Of a DNA stretch of 64,000 bases, positions 11,501-24,468 are shown piece after piece. Each line of letters opens with the position of its first letter. The stretch's first letter is position 1. The DNA comes from Podarcis bocagei (Eukaryota), in NCBI GenBank assembly GCA_964188305.1, contig OZ076892.1. One strand, given 5' to 3'. The notes beneath the pieces are model-generated. The model saw only the letters and a program-made list of their open reading frames with translations. It ran no database searches and was not told where the DNA came from. Made by a program: the position numbers and the translations under genes.

Positions 11501-14097
11501 GGGAAACTTGCAAGCAGGGCCTAAGTGCAACAGCAACTCTCCCCACTTTGGAACCCCAGCCAACCAGCATTCAGAGCCATGCAGCGTCTGCCAACGGAGA
11601 TAGAACTTAGGGTTAGTAGCCATTTGAGTACCTTACCCTCCACATTCAAGCATTCCTCGGGCAGTTTTGGATTCTGCTAGGGTACCCCTAATGGCTAGAA
11701 ACCTAGGTCCCTTTTTTAAAAAAGAAATTTATTGGGATGAGAAACTCCACAAATCGCCATTCTGGATGTAACCCCGAGCCGTAGCCCAAGGCCATAGCCC
11801 AGCTCAGCAGATCAATACGCAGTTGAATAAATAAATGGGCCGCCCAAGTGTTAGTTCAAGCCGGCGCTGTGACACGCCCCTGACAATATCGATTCCTGGA
11901 GCAAAAGCACTGTGCAATGACCCAAGAGCCTAGCATTGTAGCGTATGCCAGGTTTGGTCAGAAGCAGAGACACAGAAAATAATAATGCCCCAATACCTAT
12001 GAATACAAGAAACCCACCACACTATGCTTTGAACTAACCCGTGGTGGTATGCCCACAATTCTGCTGGATTTTCCGCATGCCATTAACTTCCCGCAACAGC
12101 CTGCAGCAGCAGCCAGAACCTGCAATTGGGGTGGGTGGGGGAAGCACAGAAGGGATGACTAGAACCTCTCCCCGCCCCCGCCCCTGCCCCGCATATGCTA
12201 CTTTTTTTTTACTTGCAAGGGATGTTCTTTCCTTCTTGGCTTGTTTTTAAACGTGGGAAACACTCAAAAGCAGAACCCCACAGAGTAAATAGGATTTCCC
12301 CCTACCCCCCCCCCCCCGTCCTTAAAAGCTGTACAACGTAAGGACATAATAAGAGCCAATCAGATGCCTCTGGGAAGCCTGCAAGCAGAACCTGAACCCA
12401 ACAAGAACTCTCCCCATTGGTGATTCCCAGCAACTGATTTTCAGAGGCATACTGCCTCCAACAGTGGATGAAGAAGATAGCCGCTGTGGCTAGTCGCAAC
12501 TGCTAGCCTTACCCTAGAAATCTAGAGAGGATACTAATCTATCTTAGAGACAGGGCCAGCGCCAGCAACCTTAAGTAACCACTGAGCACCAGGACCATAG
12601 CAGTGGTAACCAACAGTGATGTGCGCCAGAATATGTTCAGAAGCCTATTTTTTCCAGTGCTTTTTTTATCCATGTGTCTACTCAGAGCAAATCTTAATTG
12701 GATACCACCCCTGAGCGGGATTGGAGGGTAGGAAGAGTGAACAAGAGGGATGCAAGAAGATGAACAAACTAACAACACAGCAATAGTCAGGGCAGAACTC
12801 ACAACCCTGGCCCTCAAGCCTAACTCCAGACCCCACAAATCTGTTCCTTTTCCCTTGCACAGCCATTGCACAGTGAATCCTTTATGCCTTACGAGATGAA
12901 ATCGCAATGGCAGGCTAAGTTATCAACACAACCCCAGAGGGTGTGTGTGTATGTGCGTCTGTGCGCACACACACACACACCCGCGCACAGAGTGATGGGG
13001 GAGATTGTCAACATTCACTTTGTATTTTTCTAACCCAGGGTGGCCGCGCTTGGGGTCAGCATCTGGCTGCCTGTCAACCTCCCACTGTTCTCCGCTCCTT
13101 TATTTATTTATCTCTCCCTAACCCAATTTTCCGGCTGGAATGGCGAGAGAGTGACGGCAAAGTAACGCGATTGAGGCGCCCCGGGCAAAATGCCTATTAC
13201 CTTCCCTGCCTCCCCCTTAATCAATAAAGCCATTTTGCTGCCTGATTCTGAAGCAGAGCATGCCATTCTGCAACAAGGGCCCTCGCACCAGGAGCGTGTG
13301 CAATCCGAGCCAGAGGGGGCTGTACCTGGGGTGTGCATTTTAGTGTGGCTACTCTTCATGGTTGTGTGAGATGCATGTATGTGTGTGTTTTCCATATACA
13401 GGGTGCAAAAGAATGATAGTGAAGGCTGGAGATGGGAGTGTACAATTGAAAGAACTGCTGACCTGAGGAGCTGAGTTTTCTATGTGAATCTATGGGTTGG
13501 TATATGTAGATCTGCAAATATAGATATGTAGGAATGTACGAAGGCATAATTTTCTCTTCCATCTTGTATTCATCGCATGCAACTGTGAGAACAGGATGCT
13601 GGACTAGATTGGGGGGGGGGCATTCTCAATCATGTATCGTTTACGGATTGAAAGCAACAGCAGCAGCAAATACAATTGATTTCCATTCTGGAAATGGGAC
13701 GAATAAGCAAACAGCAGCAATTTCTGCTCCCATTTCCATGTTCAGCAGAATTCTCTAACTTCCTTATATGGAGGTTTGTAGAGATTGATATACATATGCA
13801 CACAAAGAATAAGAACCTTTGGGCGCTCAAGGTGAATATGAAAACACTGATTCTGGCCTGCAATTTGTTTCCAGCATCTCAGTATTCCCAGGTATACTAC
13901 CTCTAAATAGGGAGGTTCCATGTCTGGCTATTACAGCATATAGCTGTCTGGAAATCTCAAATTTCTTCATTCCCCCCCCAGAAGTGTCTGAATGCCCCAC
14001 AGATTACAAATATGATGCAAATAAACAGCCACATTGATAGTAACATGACAGTGGACTCAGACTGGACTACTGGTATACAAGTTAGCTTTAAACAGGA

Positions 14098-14324
14098 CAG
14101 TGGTACCTTGGGTTACATACGCTTCAGGTTACAGACTCCGGTAACCCAGAAATATTACCTCGGGTTAAGAACTTTGCTTCAGGATGAGAACAGAAATCGT
14201 GCTCCGACAGCGCGGCAGCAGCAGGAGGCCCCATTAGCTAAAGTGGTGCTTCAGGTTAAGAACAGTTTCAGGTTAAGAACGGACCTCCGGAACAAATTTA
14301 AGTACGTAACCAGAGGTACCACTA
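14098..14324 (+). mobile_element. Tc1/mariner-type MITE family A copy
   Basis: CAGTGGTACC...GGTACCACT ends; highly similar to copies at 16423, 17242, 48435, 50473 and 51792. Confidence 0.85.
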
Positions 14325-15718
14325 AACTAATTTTTTGCACATAATTCTACTACCTCGGTTGCTTGAAGCTTTTGTTGTTGAATGCATTGCCCCATGAGTC
14401 AACTACAGTATTTGTTTATTGGAAAAAAAGATAGCTCTTTGCTAGCACCCTGCTGACTGGGAGAGACAGCACCATCCTGAATTCTTCTGAGGGAACAGTG
14501 TCTTGTGAATGTACAGGTGAAAACGAACAATATACTATTGCCAGCAAACCATCAATGTTGTCGCCTGTAGTCAGAAAGGTGCTAACAAAGCGCTATCTTT
14601 TCTAGTGAATAAACACTTGATAACCAACTAGAAAAGGATAGTACTTTGATAGCACTCTACTAACTGGAGGAGGCCAGTTGGTCGCCAATAGTTATCTTGC
14701 CTGTAGCTGCTGAAGGCGATTGGGTGGATGGGGACGAATTTGCCAATATTGCCTGTGACAGAAAAGCAAAACATTGTTTTGGCAGGTGCCTGTAACTGAA
14801 CACTGTCTTAGTAGACATAGCCCGGCTTAACATACCTGTCGCTTGCCTTTGGGCAAACGTTTGGCCCTTGCTGAAGGACGGCAGTTCTCATTATGAGCAG
14901 GGTGGGGAGGGAGAAGAGCGCCGTTCAGCACATTTCCCAACACATTTCCCAACGGTAAAACTGTACCCTGCGATGCTTTACGCCCCAACTGGTTTCCCCC
15001 CTCCTGAACAACCCACTGCTATTGACATCCTTCCAAGATCGTTAAAGCAAACATCAAGGAAAGGGAGAAATTTGTTTGTTTAAGGAGGTGCAAGTCTTGA
15101 CAAAACAGACCCTAATCAGTTATTTAGATAATTGAAAAGCCGCCAGGTCTTTGTTACCTGCCAGGGCCAAACAGGAAAGGCTGGGGAGAAGGAGAGAAAA
15201 ACACAGACAAAAAAAAAGCAGCCAGACAAGGACTGGGGCTCAAATAGCATCCAGGTGTGGAAATAAGGTTTGGCTCACAGATGAAAACCACACAGGGCTC
15301 GTTGTTTCAACGGCAAAGTTTGATCTTCTGTCCTTTGCAATAGTTTGTCTTAGGGCTGTAAACACAGCAGTCGGGTTTTGTTTTTTTAAGTAGAAGAACA
15401 AAGGGGTACTATTTCTTTCTTATCCTACCCTCCTCCCAAGAAACTCTCAAGGTGGCATTGGTGGTCCTCCCCTCCGTTATTATTTTCAGAACAACCCTGT
15501 GAAGTAGGCCTGGCTGAAAGAGAGCAAGCTTTTTTAATGTGCCTTGAGAGCTTCTCGGCCAAGTGGGGATGCGAACTTATGCTTTGCCCCCACCCTGCCC
15601 TTAGTCTGACACTCTAACCATCGCACCATGCTGCCTCTCATGGGCAAGTCTAACTTGCAGTGTTGGTACACCAAGCAGATTCTCAGCAAAGATGTTTAGC
15701 TAGTGATATATGTTGAAA

Positions 15719-16068
15719 GGGATGCGGGTGGCGCTGTGGGTTAAACCACAGAGCCTAGGACTTGCCGATCAGAAGGTCGGCGGTTCGAATCCCCGCGATG
15801 GGGTGAGCTCTCGTTGCTTGGTCTCTGCTCCTGCCAACCTAGCAGTTCAAAAGCATGCCAAAGTGCAAGTAGATAAATAGGTACCGCTCCGGCGGGAAGG
15901 TAAACGGCGTTTCCGTGTGCTGCTCTGGTTTGCCAGAAGCAGCTTAGTCATGCTGGCCACATGACCCAGAAGCTGTATGCCGGCTCCCTCGGCCAATAAA
16001 GCGAGATGAGCGCCGCAACCCCAGAGTCGGCCACAACTGGACCTAATGGTCCGGGGTCCCTTTACCTT
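15719..16068 (+). mobile_element. Sauria-type SINE, full length
   Basis: tRNA-like head (A box TGGCGCTGTGGG, B box GGTTCGAATCC), (ACCTTT)-type tail and perfect 12-bp TSD TATATGTTGAAA (15707-15718, 16069-16080). Confidence 0.9.
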
Positions 16069-16422
16069 TATATGTTGAAAACCAGATTATCGCCCAGCCC
16101 TAGTTTTCCACACATTACACTCCAGCCTTCCCCAACCTGATACCCACCAGATGTTTTGGATCACTCCTGACTGGGGTGGATGAGAGTTGTGGTCCAAACC
16201 ATCTGGAGGGCTCGTGGTTGGGGAAGGCTGCACTGATCAGGCTCCCCACCCCCTCAACTTGTAAATTAGAATTATGCAAAATAGACCCTAATACCCACAT
16301 GTTTTACATTGATAACAATATTCACCTCTATATCTGCAAGGAATCCCCCCCCCCGAGTGGACACAAAGTAAAACACTGAAAGAAAGGGAACAAACTAGCT
16401 TCTCGGGGGGGGGGGGGGAATA

Positions 16423-16632
16423 CAGTGGTACCTCGGGTTAAGTACTCAATTTGTTCCAGAGGTCCATTCTTAACCTGAAACTGTTTTTAACCTGAAGCAC
16501 TACTTTAACTAATGGGGCTTCCTGCTGTTGCCAAGCCGCCATAGCACGATTTCTGTTCTCATCCTGAAGCAAAGTTCTTAACCTGAAGTACTCTTTCTGG
16601 GTTAGCGGAGTCTGTAACCTGAGGTACCACTG
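16423..16632 (-). mobile_element. Tc1/mariner-type MITE family A copy
   Basis: TA-CAGTGGTACCTC...GAGGTACCACTG-TA. Confidence 0.88.
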
Positions 16633-17241
16633 TAGTTTGAAGAAGCCATGTTCGTGTGGTGCAGAGTTCAGGTTGCTGCAGGAATATATTCACAGCATGG
16701 CCCTATAGCACTCCAAGTTTGGAATTTGATGATGTAACAAAATTTATGCACTGCTTGGTGTATTATTGCTAACCTTGACATGTTTAGCAATAAAACTTTA
16801 AAACTATCAGTTGAAAAACAGCCAAAAACAGACATTTTAAAATACAGTAAGCCCACAACATGCTTGCATGTAACACATTTGAGCTTTATGTGCGTGGCAA
16901 AAAAGTAAATAAAAAGGGGGTTGGAAAGGGGGCAGGGTTCCAGGAAAAACGACTTTCACTATCCCACCTGCCACTGAACCCCATGTGTTTTGACTATATG
17001 CAATTTTGGCTTTAAGAGCAATCCCTGGGAACAGAACCCCTGTGTAAATTGCGGGCTTGCTGTAATCAAATAAGTAGCTCTGAAGAAATAAGACACATGC
17101 AACTCCTACATGTCTAGAAGGGCCGGCCTAAACAAAGATGCTTTTTAGCAGGCACCAAAAACATTACAGTGAAGTCGCCTGTCTGATATCAATAGGCAAG
17201 GAGTTCCAAAATGCAGGTGCTGCCACACCAAAAGGCCAATA

Positions 17242-17428
17242 CAGTGGTACCTCAGGTTAAGTACTTAATTCGTTCCGGAGGTCCATTCTTAACCTGAAGC
17301 ACCACTTTAGCTAAAGGGGCCTCCTGCTGCCGCCGCACCGCCAGAGCATGATTTCTGTTCTCATCCTGAAGCAAAGTTCTTAACCTGAAGCACTATTTCT
17401 GGGTTAGCAGAGTCTGTAACCTGAAGCC
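17242..17428 (-). mobile_element. Tc1/mariner-type MITE family A copy lacking one end, next to an L2-like fragment
   Basis: One intact TIR; internal sequence matches family A. Confidence 0.75.
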
Positions 17429-20168
17429 ACAGACTGAAACCGTTGAGCGGGCATATATATAGTGTAAACTAGTTCCAATCCATAAGGGCTTCATATACTA
17501 ACTGTAACACTCTGAACTTGTCTCTTACTTCCCTACCCACTGGGAGGGGGGCATTTATCCAGAGTATATATATTTTTAAAAATTCCAGTAAGAAACTCCT
17601 TGCAACCGATTCCGTACAGCGAGACTTCACCTGTTAGGCTTCCTCCAGGAAGGCTTCCATGGCACACATTCAAAAAACTGCCAAACATCTCCGGAAGGGG
17701 AGGAGGGGGGAAACGCAAACAAACCTCAAACAGGATAGATGAGAAAAACCTCAAAAGCTCCTTTGTCCCTTTTGGCCGCCAAAAGACCTGCCTTGAATGG
17801 TGGGTGGGCTGCTGCGGGCTCCGCTCCCCAAACAGGTAACAAGCAGACTTTTGAGATCGCTCTAAGGTACACTTCACTCTCGCCTCCTCTCTCCTGACTG
17901 GTATGAAGCTTTAGGAGAGAAAATGTGCTTCTGGCATGCTAAGGAAACATAGAAAGCTGCCTGAAACAGAGACAGACTTTTGGTCCATTTGGGAAAGGGA
18001 CCCCAAGGGTCATCTAGTCCCACCCTCCACAATGATTTTTACTAGCTTACCTGCCCACCAATAACCATGTTTACCATCTCTGACTTTAAAAAGAGAGAGT
18101 AAAAATAACCTTTTTTTTGGTAAAGATTGTCATTAGGGACAACTTTCATTCGCCACAGGTGCACATCTATTTACCAGCCAGCCATAACCCCTTCTTCATA
18201 AGACTCCTGCAAAAACAAAGCGGATGGGGTCAGGGAAAGGATATGAAAAGTTATTGATCCGAGGAGAATTCATTTTACCTACAAGGGGACAGGACTTTCT
18301 CACTTATTTAATCAAGGGCTGGCATCAGAACCATAGCGAATTTTAGTATTATCTAATTCTACCTAATCTCATTCGATCACTATTGCTCCACCACAGCTGA
18401 GAAGGGAAGTCCTGCCTGTTCTTGTCTTCGGGTGCTATCTCCTGTTGCCTTAGCAACGCAGCAAAATGCCGTTTCCACAGAAGTCAGACCTACCACATTT
18501 ATCTCCAGGTTTATTTTTTAAAATACACCCCCTATATACGGATGTGTTTAAACCCATATACAGGGGTTGTACTTGAAAATAAATAAACTGGGGTGCAGAC
18601 ATACACCCCCTCCCCAAGAGCAAGCAGAGAAAGGGGTGGGGGATCTATGCAAAACTCAAAAACCACCAATGAGAGATTAGGTTAAGTTACACCAAATTAG
18701 AAAGCAAGAGGAGAAAACAACTCATTTAGTTCAGTTTTGGCCACCCATCATCCCATGGGGCTCAGAGTGGCTTATAATGATTACATCTTCCTAAATACAT
18801 AAAAATGTAATGTGTCACCATGTTCTGCAGTTCACGTGGAAGTTTGGAGTCCAGCAACAACCGGAGGGCCACAGGGTTCACCAACCTTGTTTTAATCAGC
18901 CTCAATAAGAGCCAGATCAGGCACGCATGCAGAAACACAACAAGAAGTCTCCTTTCTGGACCACATTCCCCATCATCCCTGACCATTCATCAGGCTGGGT
19001 GCCGGGGCTGGTGGGAATTGGAGTCCAACAACATCTGCAGGGCCACAGCTGCCTCTGTCTTGCTCTACTGAAACCAAGCCTAAGAACTCATAAGTGACCC
19101 GAACACATTAATCTTCCTCCGCTTACTTTTGGCTTTCCATCTCTTTCCCAGCCCCCAAGGGCCAATGGTCAGGGATAATGGGCAGTGGGAGCAGCCAAAC
19201 AACATCTGGACTGCCACAAGTTCCCCGTCCCTGATTTACAAGGTTAATTACGCAGCTGGAGCCCTGCAAGGGGAAGAGCAGCTGGCAAAGGCAATTCTGA
19301 GCAAGAAAAACAGCTGGTGAGGGAAGAGGATTAGGAACTCTTGACTCCTGCTCCGTTCAAAAACCACAATCTCCCAAACCTTCTTTCCATTCAAAAATAA
19401 AGCACACGAAGGTTGGGGGTTTTGTTACACATATTTGCACATATCATTTGCACCACGGCCCGCTGCAGTGAGAGGAGGAGCAGCAGCAGTAGCTAAAGGC
19501 AAGGAACGATGGAGAACTGTAAGTGCATCCGAAAGAGATAAAAGACTTAGCACTGGCAGTTCAGAGCAGACTGAAAAGGACCAAGGATGACACCAGGAGA
19601 AAAGGTCCATGAAGGTTTAGTATCGCAACAGGCGAGTGAAGTGCTAGCTAACATTTCAACATAAGCACGGACTTCAAAAGGCGAGTAGGCATGATGGGGG
19701 GAAAGTACACACACTCGCAAACTCTTTTGTGTGTGTTTTTAAAAAGAGCATAAGAATAGCCTGCTGGATCATGCCGATGCCCCATGTGGTCCAGCATCCT
19801 GTTCTCACAGTGACGAACCAGATGCCCGTGGGAAACCAGTGAGCAGGGCTCTCCCCTCTCCTGTGGTTTCCAGCAGCTGGTAATCAGAAGCATTTCTGCC
19901 TCCAACTGTGGAGGCAGAGCATATCCATTATGGCTAGCAGCCATTGATAGCCCTATCTTCCATGAATTTGTCCAAACCACCCAAGCTGGTAGCCATCACT
20001 GCCTCCTGAAGGAGGGAGTTGCATAGTTTTTGATTATGCGCTGCATGGAAAAACACTTTCTTTTATCTGACCTACATCTTCCAACGTTCAGTTTCATTGG
20101 ATGTCCATGAGTTCTACTGATAGGCAAGGAGAAAAACTTTTCTCAATTCATTTTCTGCATCCCATGTA

Positions 20169-20414
20169 CAGTCATACCTCGGGATGAATACGCTTTAGGT
20201 TGAGCGTTTTCAGGTTGCGCTCTGCGGTAACCCGAAAGTAATGGAACGCGTTACTTCTGGGTTTTTCCACTTGCGCATGCGCAGACGCTCAAAACGACGT
20301 CACACGCATGCGCAGAAGCGGCAAACCGCGACCCACACAGACGCGTGTTACGTTCGCTTCAGGATGCAAACAGGGCTCCAGAACGGATCCCATTTGCATC
20401 CAGAGGTACCACTG
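20169..20414. mobile_element. Tc1/mariner-type MITE family B
   Basis: TA-CAGTCATACCTC...GAGGTACCACTG-TA; a related inverted copy lies at 49853-50113. Confidence 0.8.
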
Positions 20415-20601
20415 TATAATGTTATAAACTTCTACCATGTTACCTTTCGGTCGCCTTTCCACTAAACTGAAAAGTCCCAAACGCTGCAACACTTCTTCAT
20501 AGGATAGTTGCTCCCCTTGATCATTTTGGTCGCCCTATTCAGAACCTTTTCCAACTCTACAATATCTTTTTTTGGAGTGAGGGGACCAGAACTGTACAGT
20601 A

Positions 20602-20852
20602 CAGTGGTACCTCGCAAGACGAATGCCTCGCAAGACGAAAAACTCGCAAGACGAAAGAGTTTTTCGTTTTTTGAGTTGCTTCGCAAGACGAATTTCCCTA
20701 TGGGCTTGCTTCGCAAGACGAAAACGTCTTGCAAGTTTGTTTCCTTTTTCTTAAAACCGTTTCCTATGGGAAACCGTGCTTCGCAAGGCGAAAAATTCGC
20801 AAGACGAAAAAACTCGCAGAATGAATTAATTTCGTCTTGCGAGGCACCACTG
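20602..20852. mobile_element. Tc1/mariner-type MITE family C with reiterated TCGCAAGACGAA motif
   Basis: 22-bp TIR CAGTGGTACCTCGCAAGACGAA / TTCGTCTTGCGAGGCACCACTG with TA TSD. Confidence 0.88.
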
Positions 20853-23223
20853 TACTGTAAATTTGGTCACACCATAGATTGGTATAACAACATTATGATA
20901 TTGGCAGTTTTATTTTCAATTCGTTTCCTAATGATCCCTAGCTTGAAATTTGCCTTTTCCAGAGCTGGGATTGGCATCTTCACTGAGCTATCTGCTGTGA
21001 ATCCAAGGACTTGCTTCTGGTCCATCACCTCTAGTTCAGACTCCGTGAGTGTCCTTGTGAAATTAAGATTTTTTTCCCCTCCAACATGTACCACTTTATA
21101 CTTCTTTACGTTGAATTGCATTTGCCATTTTCCTGCCCCAAAAGTCGTTTACCGTCAAAAAAATATAAAAATGCTATTGAGTCCTCAGGATTGTTTTCAA
21201 TAAACTTATGTGTCTCTGCTAGATTTTTTTCCTGAGCAGAAGAAAAAAAACCCCATGTCAATACCTCTTTTTTCAAAACCCAAGAACACCCAACTTAAGA
21301 GAACATATGCACCCACCCAGGTCACTTTCAAATGACTCGTTCATTGAACATTCATTCTCATCTGTTTGCAGAGAGGTGAGATGATGTTGCTTCTGCAAGT
21401 GCCCATATTTAGTGAAACCTGACCGTTGTGACGTGAATCTGGGCTGCATTCACAACATGCATTTAAATCACATCCCAGCACGATAAAAAGGAATCTGGGT
21501 TGGCTACTACGAGAATGCTGGCCTGATCCAGCAGCGCCCTTCTAAGGCGAGGAAATATTCCAGGCCTTTCTAGATCTTGAACACCCCATTGCAAGTGGGG
21601 TGTGAAGTTCAGCATCATAGACCTTCTATTTTCAGGAAGAAAAAACTTGAAAAATATCCACAAGCACTTCCCTTCTCTGGATTTTCCCTTGCCGCACCCC
21701 CGTTTGCACACAAAAGTTTCAAAAGCATAGAGCGCCTCCATCAAGAAAGCTGAATAAATTATGCAAAGCTTAACAGATGCACGCAACGAAGGACGACAGT
21801 TAGCAAAACATTTTGCTTTCAGAGCCACAAAATTGGGTAGGGGAGAAGGGCTTGAGAGGTAGAGAATCTTTAATTTTATTTCTAAACTGACTGCTGATCA
21901 TTTATAGGAAATTATACAATTGCTCATTTACTAAACTGGGCTTTTAAATAATAAATCTATCCAGATAATTAAAATACCGAGACGGTCTGGTTGAAACGCT
22001 GGCCAATTTGGCAAGTCCGATTGGAAAGAGCTTTTGCTCAAGGGTGTCCTCCCCACTCCGCCATGTGCAAAACGAATCAAGAGCAATTAAAACTCCGAGC
22101 TCTAACCATATCCAGAATGTGCGTAAGGCTCTCCTTCTGCACATCTGGGAATTCCCACCCTTCTGCCTCCTTCAGGCACGTTACAGCGGAATCCTGCATC
22201 GGATTATACTTTTGACCCATGGGGAGGCATGATTTCCGCTCCGTCTTCACTATCATCCGGGAAGCAAATTAGGGCCAAGGACAAGAGCTAAGGGAAATAT
22301 GTAGTTATAAAAGAGGAGGTTCAATAACGTTTAGTGTATCAGCCCCATCACAAGAGAGCTAAAGGTGGCCCTAGTGTAGTGGGGCCCCGGTTGAATCCCT
22401 GGTGTGTGGGAGACCCTGTGCCTGAAATCCAAAAAGCCACTGCCAGTCAGTGTAGACAATATTGAAGTGCATGAACCATTGACCTGATTCTTTATAAGGG
22501 AACTTCCTAAGTTCCTGTCTCTTAAGGGACAGACTAAAGCTCAGTGGCAGAGCATGTGCTTTGCATGCAGAAGGTTCTATCTTCAAACCCAGGCATCTCC
22601 CAGGTGGGCTTTGTAAGATCCTCTGCTTGTAACCCTGGAGAGCTGCTTTCAGTTAGTGAAAAACTAGGAAGCTGTGTCCAAACCCTACACTGATAGTATT
22701 TTAGTTGCCAATTAAAGACATATATTTGCTTGGGCCTTTGAGGCATAAATGCCTCAAAGTCAGTAAAAGTCAGCAGCTGCTACTAATTTTAATTTTAATT
22801 TTTTGGAAATGCAGTTTCCGATGCTTTCCCTGCAATGCTTTTCACTGCCCTGGGCTCCTACCGGAAGAAGGGTAGTATAAAAAGGGAATGATCGTTATAG
22901 ATGATGGACCAATGGACTGAAAGTCTACATGGATATGTCTACCTATGCATAAGAACGCAAGAAAAGCCCTCTTGGATCGAGCTAAAGGACATTAGTCCTG
23001 CACCTTGTTCTCACAGTGGCCAACTAGATTCATATGGGAAGCCTTGACTGGCAACAGCAAGCAGAACTTAAGGGCAACACAGCACTCTCTTCCCACTTGC
23101 ATGGGAGAGACCCCCTGTCTGAAAGCTGAAAGGTGCCTCTGAGAGTGGAAGGAGAGCATCGCCATCATGGCTAGTAGCTATGATTAAATACATTCGAGGA
23201 GGATAAGGCAATGGAAGTTGAAT

Positions 23224-23880
23224 TGGGCATGGTCGGCCAATTGGTGCCAAAGAAGGATAGAACTTTCTTTATGTATGCTACAACAGCAGCAATAATACTT
23301 ATTGCAAAGCACTGGAAGACACAAGATCTACCCACCAGGGAAGAATGGCAGATGAAGCTGATGGACTACATGGAACTGGCGGAAATGACTGGCAGAATCC
23401 GAGACCAGGGAGAAGAGTTGGTGGAAGAAGATTGGAAAAAATTTAAAGTATATTTTCAAAAGCATTGCAAAATTAATGAATGTTAGAAGGATGTTGGAAT
23501 GAAGCTATATGGTTTTAGCAGAAATGTAATAAAGAACTAAGTAAAAGCTGATTGATAATGGGCCAAAATGAAAAAATTTAAGGTTAGACCGTTAAGATAA
23601 ATTATAGAACAAAAATTGAGAAAGATGGAAAGAATTTGCTGAAATAGTGAATTGAGCTAGAATACAAAAAGGGAGGTGTGAGGAGGTCGATGAAACAAGT
23701 AAATGAAAGGTAAAGATATGGAATATCGGATGTGTTTTAATGTTTTTTCTTTTTTGTTGTATTGTTTTTATTTTATGTTTTTTATGTATTGTAATGTATG
23801 TTTTGTTAATTTTTTATTGTTTTTCCTTTTTCTGCTTTCTGTAATTCTTAAACTCTTAATAAATATCTTTTTTTAAAAAA
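23224..23880 (+). mobile_element. 5'-truncated L1-clade LINE (ORF2 C-terminus, 3' UTR, AATAAA, short A tail)
   Basis: Peptide LGMVGQLVPKKDRTFFMYATTAAIILIAKHWKTQDLPTREEWQMKL...EDWKKF is typical of non-mammalian L1 ORF2 ends. TSD GGAAGTTGAAT (23213-23223) / GGAAGTTTAAT (23881-23891). Confidence 0.85.
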
Positions 23881-24178
23881 GGAAGTTTAATGTATCTCTG
23901 GAAATCCAGATGCTGGTGGACTCTAAACCCACTCACCCACGACACCAACCATGCCAGCTGGGGGCTGATGGGAACCGGAGTACACCTGCAGGGCCACCGG
24001 ATCCCCTATCCATGGACTTTGGCTACAGAAGAACTAATGGGACGATACTCCGTCAGCACACGAATGATAACAGCCAATGACCAAAACAGTCCCTACTAGG
24101 ACTGATCCAAAAGTTGCAACTCTTCAGCAATAAGACATTTCAGTGGAAGGAGGGGAGAGGAGGGAAGAGAAGGGAAAC

Positions 24179-24468
24179 CAGGGGTCAGCAAACTTTTTTA
24201 GCAGGGGGCCATTCCACTGTCCCGCAGACCTTGTGGGGGGCTGGACTATATTTTGAAGAAGAAAAATGAACCAATTCATATGCCCCTCAAATAACCCAGA
24301 GAAGCATTTTAAATAAAAGCACACATTCTACTCATGTAACAACACCAGGCAAGCCCCACAAATAACCCAGAGGTGCATTTTAAATAAAAGGATACATTCT
24401 ACTCATGTAAAAACACGCTGATTCCCGGACCATCCGTGGGCCCGCAGGCCTTAGTTTGCCTACCCACG
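24179..24468. mobile_element. hAT-type MITE (same family as 34378-34613) with a short internal duplication
   Basis: CAGGGGTCAGCAAAC...GTTTGCCTACCCACG ends; repeated AAATAACCCAGAG...CTACTCATGTAA block. Confidence 0.75.

Larger units (their letters stand above)
19749..21135 (-). mobile_element. CR1 LINE 3' fragment (degenerate ORF2 C-terminus and 3' tail) interrupted by two MITEs
   Basis: Minus-strand peptides MQFNVKKYKVVHVG...LGIIRKRIENKTANIIMLLYQSMV and KKDIVELEKVLNRATKMIKG are typical of the post-RT region of CR1 ORF2. Confidence 0.85.

Noticed and set aside
15719-15800. Possible tRNA gene
   Set aside because: SINE head with SINE body, tail and TSD; no complete cloverleaf.
20508-21203. 231-aa + strand ORF
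   Set aside because: Antisense CR1 plus MITE chimera.
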